Origin: a virus
Virus record (IMG/VR): IMGVR_UViG_3300020169_000003
Strand: one strand, 5' to 3'
DNA length: 35,657 nucleotides
Shown one piece after another: positions 32,521-35,657 of this stretch. The notes below the pieces were generated by a model. That model was not told where the DNA came from, ran no database searches, and saw only the letters and a program-made list of their open reading frames with translations. Numbering within the stretch: position 1 is the first letter of the stretch; each line of letters starts with the position of its first letter. The translations under genes were made by a program, and so were the position numbers.

Positions 32521-33519
32521 ATGGCATTCTCAAATACATTTGACACTACAAACCTCGGTTCGGGTGTTTCTAATCGTGAAGACCTCACTGACGTCTTGAC
32601 AATTCTAGCACCAGAAGAAACACCTATTCTTTCTTCTGCTAACAAAAAGGGCGCATCCGCAACTAAGGTTGAGTGGACTGTTGACTCTCTCTCGGCTCCC
32701 AGCACTGCTGGTATCGCTGAAGGTGCTGACGTTACAGCATTTACTGATCAATTCGCTGGTCGCGCTCGCCTTGGCAATCGCGTTCAAAAGTTCCGCCGGG
32801 ACTATATGGTTTCCGATCTGCAAGAAGCAGTCGATTCCGTTGGCCCAGCTAAGATTGCTCAAGCAGAAGCTAAAGCACTTCGTGAACTCAAGCGCGACAT
32901 CGAAGCAAGTCTTGCTTCAGCTAACACTCAGACAACCGAAGACGGTGCTGGTGTAGTCAATCGCCTTGGTGGTCTTGGTGACTGGATTCAAAATGCTGCT
33001 GGTTCGGGTAACGTTCCTGCTCCATTCCAAACTCCAGCCGCAAGCATCGCTGACGTAACTGATGGCAATTTCGCAGAAAGCGAATTGAACTCTCTTATCT
33101 CTTCGATCTTCAAGGTTACTGGTACATCCAACAACCTTATGTTGGTTGCTGATACAGCACTCCGTCAAGACATCAGCGACTTTGCTCGCATTGGTGGCGT
33201 ATCGGGTGACTCAGTTCGTGCAGTAAACTACAACGGCGAAAGCGGCACTATCAAGCTTTCCGTTGATCTCTATCAAAGCGATCACGGTATCGTCTCTGTT
33301 GTCAATGCTAACCCTGACTGTATGCCAGTACAAGCCGGCACTGCTGGAATGGCTGGTTACTTGGTGAATCCTGAATACTACGGTGTTCACGAACTCATCC
33401 CTATGGGCAGCACTCGTCTTCCAAATCTTGGTGGCGGCGACCGTGGCTTCGTTGATTGCGCTTTGACCCTCGGTGTTTACCACCCTGGTGCTCACGGCAA
33501 GATTGTCAGCACAAGCTAA
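32521..33519 (+). CDS. Major capsid protein (332 aa), HK97-fold type
   Basis: REDLTDVLTILAPEETPILSSANKKGASATKVEWTVDSL is the typical N-terminal signature of one HK97-like capsid family. A strong terminator follows. Confidence 0.8.
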   Translation: MAFSNTFDTTNLGSGVSNREDLTDVLTILAPEETPILSSANKKGASATKVEWTVDSLSAPSTAGIAEGADVTAFTDQFAGRARLGNRVQKFRRDYMVSDLQEAVDSVGPAKIAQAEAKALRELKRDIEASLASANTQTTEDGAGVVNRLGGLGDWIQNAAGSGNVPAPFQTPAASIADVTDGNFAESELNSLISSIFKVTGTSNNLMLVADTALRQDISDFARIGGVSGDSVRAVNYNGESGTIKLSVDLYQSDHGIVSVVNANPDCMPVQAGTAGMAGYLVNPEYYGVHELIPMGSTRLPNLGGGDRGFVDCALTLGVYHPGAHGKIVSTS

Positions 33520-33531
33520 ATAATTCTGGTT

Positions 33532-33561
33532 GGGGGGCGAAAGCCCCCCTGCCTTTTTTTT
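33532..33561 (+). terminator. Rho-independent terminator after the capsid gene
   Basis: GGGGGGC-GAAA-GCCCCCC (33532..33549) is followed by TGCC and a run of eight T (33554..33561). Confidence 0.85.
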
Positions 33562-33870
33562 ATGGATATTATTATTCCTGATTCGAATACTTACTCCGAT
33601 GAGGAGATTAATCGTGCCTTAATACAAGAGATCCAGGGTAGCCTAGATCTAGAAAGAGCGACCGAAAAGGATCGCTACCAACAAGCAGCTAAGGAGGCAC
33701 ATCAATTGAAAGGAACTGTCCACCCTACATTGGGACGGCCAGTGGCCACAATGCCAGCACGAGAGTTTTTTCGACTGGTAAAGAAGTACGGTCAAGAGAC
33801 TGTGCATTCTAAAGAATTTTTGCAGTACTACAATAAGAAGTTCCCAGAACTCAGCCCCAATAAAATTTAA
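33562..33870 (+). CDS. Hypothetical protein (102 aa)
   Basis: Track ORF. It starts directly after the terminator's T-run. Confidence 0.6.
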   Translation: MDIIIPDSNTYSDEEINRALIQEIQGSLDLERATEKDRYQQAAKEAHQLKGTVHPTLGRPVATMPAREFFRLVKKYGQETVHSKEFLQYYNKKFPELSPNKI

Positions 33871-34478
33871 TGCAGACAAAAACCTACAGCGATTTATATA
33901 ATTTAGTGCAAGCACTTTCGGGTGTAGGTAGTTTCACCGCAGAGGAGAAGCTTAATATTTTACAGTTCGTCAATCGTCGAGCATTTGAAGCATATCGGAC
34001 TAGCTCAAGTTGGCCACGATACGCTGTAATCGGAGAGGAGCGCACCCTTGGTACAAATGGACTTGTACCTTATGTGCAAGCTGGACTGGATAATATTTCT
34101 GATTTTCAACGTATTTACCGTAGTCAACCATTCCTACGTAACTCTGCATTGGAGTACGAGTTCTACGTTGATTCAAACGGAGCGCACGTAATTAATATAG
34201 TTACAAATGATTCGACTTCTGTATTTGTAAACTACCAGAAAGAACTACCTACGTTTACTGAGGAATCCACAAATATTCCTTATGAGTTCTTCTTCTACCT
34301 AGCGCACTCAGTGTATGCTGACTTCCTACGAATGGATGGTCAGACTGACAAGGCTATCACTGAAGAGCAAGTTGCCGGGACTTACCTAGCCCTTGAGCTG
34401 GAGAAAATCGACCTTCGCTCTAACAACAATACAATCAACAAAAAGTTTTCAACTTACGTAAGTCGTCAAGCACGATAG
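33870..34478 (+). CDS. Head-tail adaptor / tail-tubular-A-like candidate (202 aa)
   Basis: The call rests only on size and position (after the capsid, before the other tail genes). No motif recognised. Confidence 0.35.
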   Translation: MQTKTYSDLYNLVQALSGVGSFTAEEKLNILQFVNRRAFEAYRTSSSWPRYAVIGEERTLGTNGLVPYVQAGLDNISDFQRIYRSQPFLRNSALEYEFYVDSNGAHVINIVTNDSTSVFVNYQKELPTFTEESTNIPYEFFFYLAHSVYADFLRMDGQTDKAITEEQVAGTYLALELEKIDLRSNNNTINKKFSTYVSRQAR

Positions 34479-34502
34479 CAACCCCTGTGATACAATAATA
34501 TT

Positions 34503-34760
34503 ATGGCTAACTCAAAAAACAACGCACTGGAATTTTCCTCGGCTGGATCAGAAATCCTTGAAGCTGCGAATGCAGTAACAGGTAAACGCTATGGAGCGTT
34601 ACAAATCTTAAATGACACTGTGTTCGGTGCTTTGACTGCATCCAGCATTGATGGTACAGCTAAGCTAGTTGGACCAACCTTTGCTGCTGGAACAATCCTT
34701 TATGGGGCATTCAGCGAAGTAACAGTAACTTCTGGTATTGTAGCAGCGCACAAGTACTAG
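34503..34760 (+). CDS. Hypothetical small structural-arm protein (85 aa)
   Basis: Track ORF, Ala/Gly/Thr-rich. Confidence 0.55.
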   Translation: MANSKNNALEFSSAGSEILEAANAVTGKRYGALQILNDTVFGALTASSIDGTAKLVGPTFAAGTILYGAFSEVTVTSGIVAAHKY

Positions 34761-34761
34761 T

Positions 34762-35657
34762 ATGCACCTGAGCCTAAATAATAGCTTAGGCAAATGGATA
34801 TTGCCTAAAGAGCCATCACCGTTCTCGCCAGAGGCACTGAACTACTTTAGCCGCCTGGACGCAGCAGGGGACACCACCTACGTTGATTACAAGCAGCCAC
34901 TAGCTAACTACATTGATAGTCTAGTATCGCTGGGCGGAGCATACTGGGACACAATGGAATCCTCTACGTCCTTTGTGGGTGTAGGTATTCAAGGTATCAC
35001 AGTTCCCCTACGTGACGGGATGACTGTCCCTACGGAAAATAACTTTGTTGCGGGTGACTTGAGTCAGTTGACTGGTCTATTGGGTGATGGTACTTCGAAG
35101 GAAATAAACACTAACACGAATCAATCAAATTACGCACAGGATGACACTTCAGCCAGTGTATATAGAACAGAAACTGTAAGCGGAACCAATCCTTTTTACT
35201 TCGGAACAAACCTTGCAAATGGCTTTGGGGCTAGAGGCACAGCGAGCTTTATTACTGCCTGTTACGGTGCGCAAGCTATAACTGGAAGTGCTTCTACTAC
35301 CGTTGGTCTATTGGGACTTTCTCGCTCGGCTTCAACGGGCTATGACTACCGATCAAATGGGACAACTGGTACACGCACAACAGCATCGGTTACGCCAGCT
35401 TCTGGCAATCTGGATATATTTGCTATTAACGGAACAACAAGTGGTTCGTTCCGATTAGCAACCTACCACGCAGGTCCTGCACTAGACCTAGCTACCTTAG
35501 AGGGCTTACAAGCAACTTTACTTTCCGAGATCCGTACAGCGCACACATTTGTAGCTGCTGCATCTTATTTCTCACGTCTTGCAGCCGCAGGTGACACTAC
35601 GCACGTAGCCTACAAGCAACCGCTGACGAATTACATTACGTCACTTGTTGAACTTGG
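34762..35657 (+). CDS. N-terminal half (module A) of the junction-spanning 504-aa two-module protein; runs off the window end and continues at 128..746
   Basis: ATG 34762 lies 2 nt after the upstream stop. There is no stop codon to the window end, and it is in phase with frame 3 at the window start (35533 corresponds to base 3). It is absent from the track only because it has no stop inside the window. Confidence 0.8.
   Translation, partial: MHLSLNNSLGKWILPKEPSPFSPEALNYFSRLDAAGDTTYVDYKQPLANYIDSLVSLGGAYWDTMESSTSFVGVGIQGITVPLRDGMTVPTENNFVAGDLSQLTGLLGDGTSKEINTNTNQSNYAQDDTSASVYRTETVSGTNPFYFGTNLANGFGARGTASFITACYGAQAITGSASTTVGLLGLSRSASTGYDYRSNGTTGTRTTASVTPASGNLDIFAINGTTSGSFRLATYHAGPALDLATLEGLQATLLSEIRTAHTFVAAASYFSRLAAAGDTTHVAYKQPLTNYITSLVEL
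35531..35657. repeat. Terminal direct repeat, copy 2 (identical to 1..127)
   Basis: Direct comparison of both ends. Confidence 0.95.

Noticed and set aside
34850-35530. The paralogous stretches at the window end and start (34850..35100 vs 20..280) could be a diversity-generating retroelement TR/VR pair.
   Set aside because: Mismatches between the copies are spread over all four bases, not concentrated at adenines. No reverse transcriptase ORF exists in the genome. Both copies are in frame within one ORF, so a tandem domain duplication explains them.
1-35657. A lysogeny module or prophage boundaries (integrase, att sites, repressor pair).
   Set aside because: There is no recombinase-like ORF and no flanking host genes. 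The terminal repeat lies inside a phage ORF and is explained by circular closure. Nothing here supports a temperate lifestyle from sequence alone.

Overview
The window appears to be a complete tailed-phage genome. Bases 1..127 are identical to 35531..35657, so the unique length is 35,530 bp, either circularly closed or terminally redundant. There are two opposed transcription arms.

(1) Plus-strand late/structural arm. It starts at ~24658, crosses the window junction and ends at 13121. Gene order: small-terminase-like HTH protein, TerL, portal, GH24 (T4-type) lysozyme, acidic scaffold, HK97-fold-like major capsid protein plus a strong terminator, adaptor/nozzle candidates, a junction-spanning 504-aa protein built from two tandem modules, membrane proteins, two paralogous fibres, an AT-rich inserted ORF, and three internal-virion-type proteins. 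One of these is a 1457-aa polyvalent-type protein with an ADP-ribosyltransferase-like segment.

(2) Minus-strand early/replication arm, 23980 down to 13278. Gene order: a Cys-rich GP88-like protein in its own GC-rich unit, many small ORFs, PD-(D/E)XK exonuclease, HTH protein, EndoVII-type and HNH nucleases, ERF annealase, an 85-aa SSB-tail protein, a MazG/DUF1599-like protein, DnaB helicase, a small nuclease-fold protein and an HNH-AP2 homing endonuclease.

The arms diverge at an ~680-bp ORF-poor control region (23981..24657) packed with short tandem repeats, an AT tract and hairpins. They converge at 13122..13277 on an 11-bp-stem hairpin.

I recognised no tRNA, rRNA, CRISPR array, integrase, DNA polymerase, primase or RNA polymerase. 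All functional calls come from motifs read by eye; no database search was possible. Family names are therefore hypotheses to confirm with HHpred, BLAST or structure prediction.
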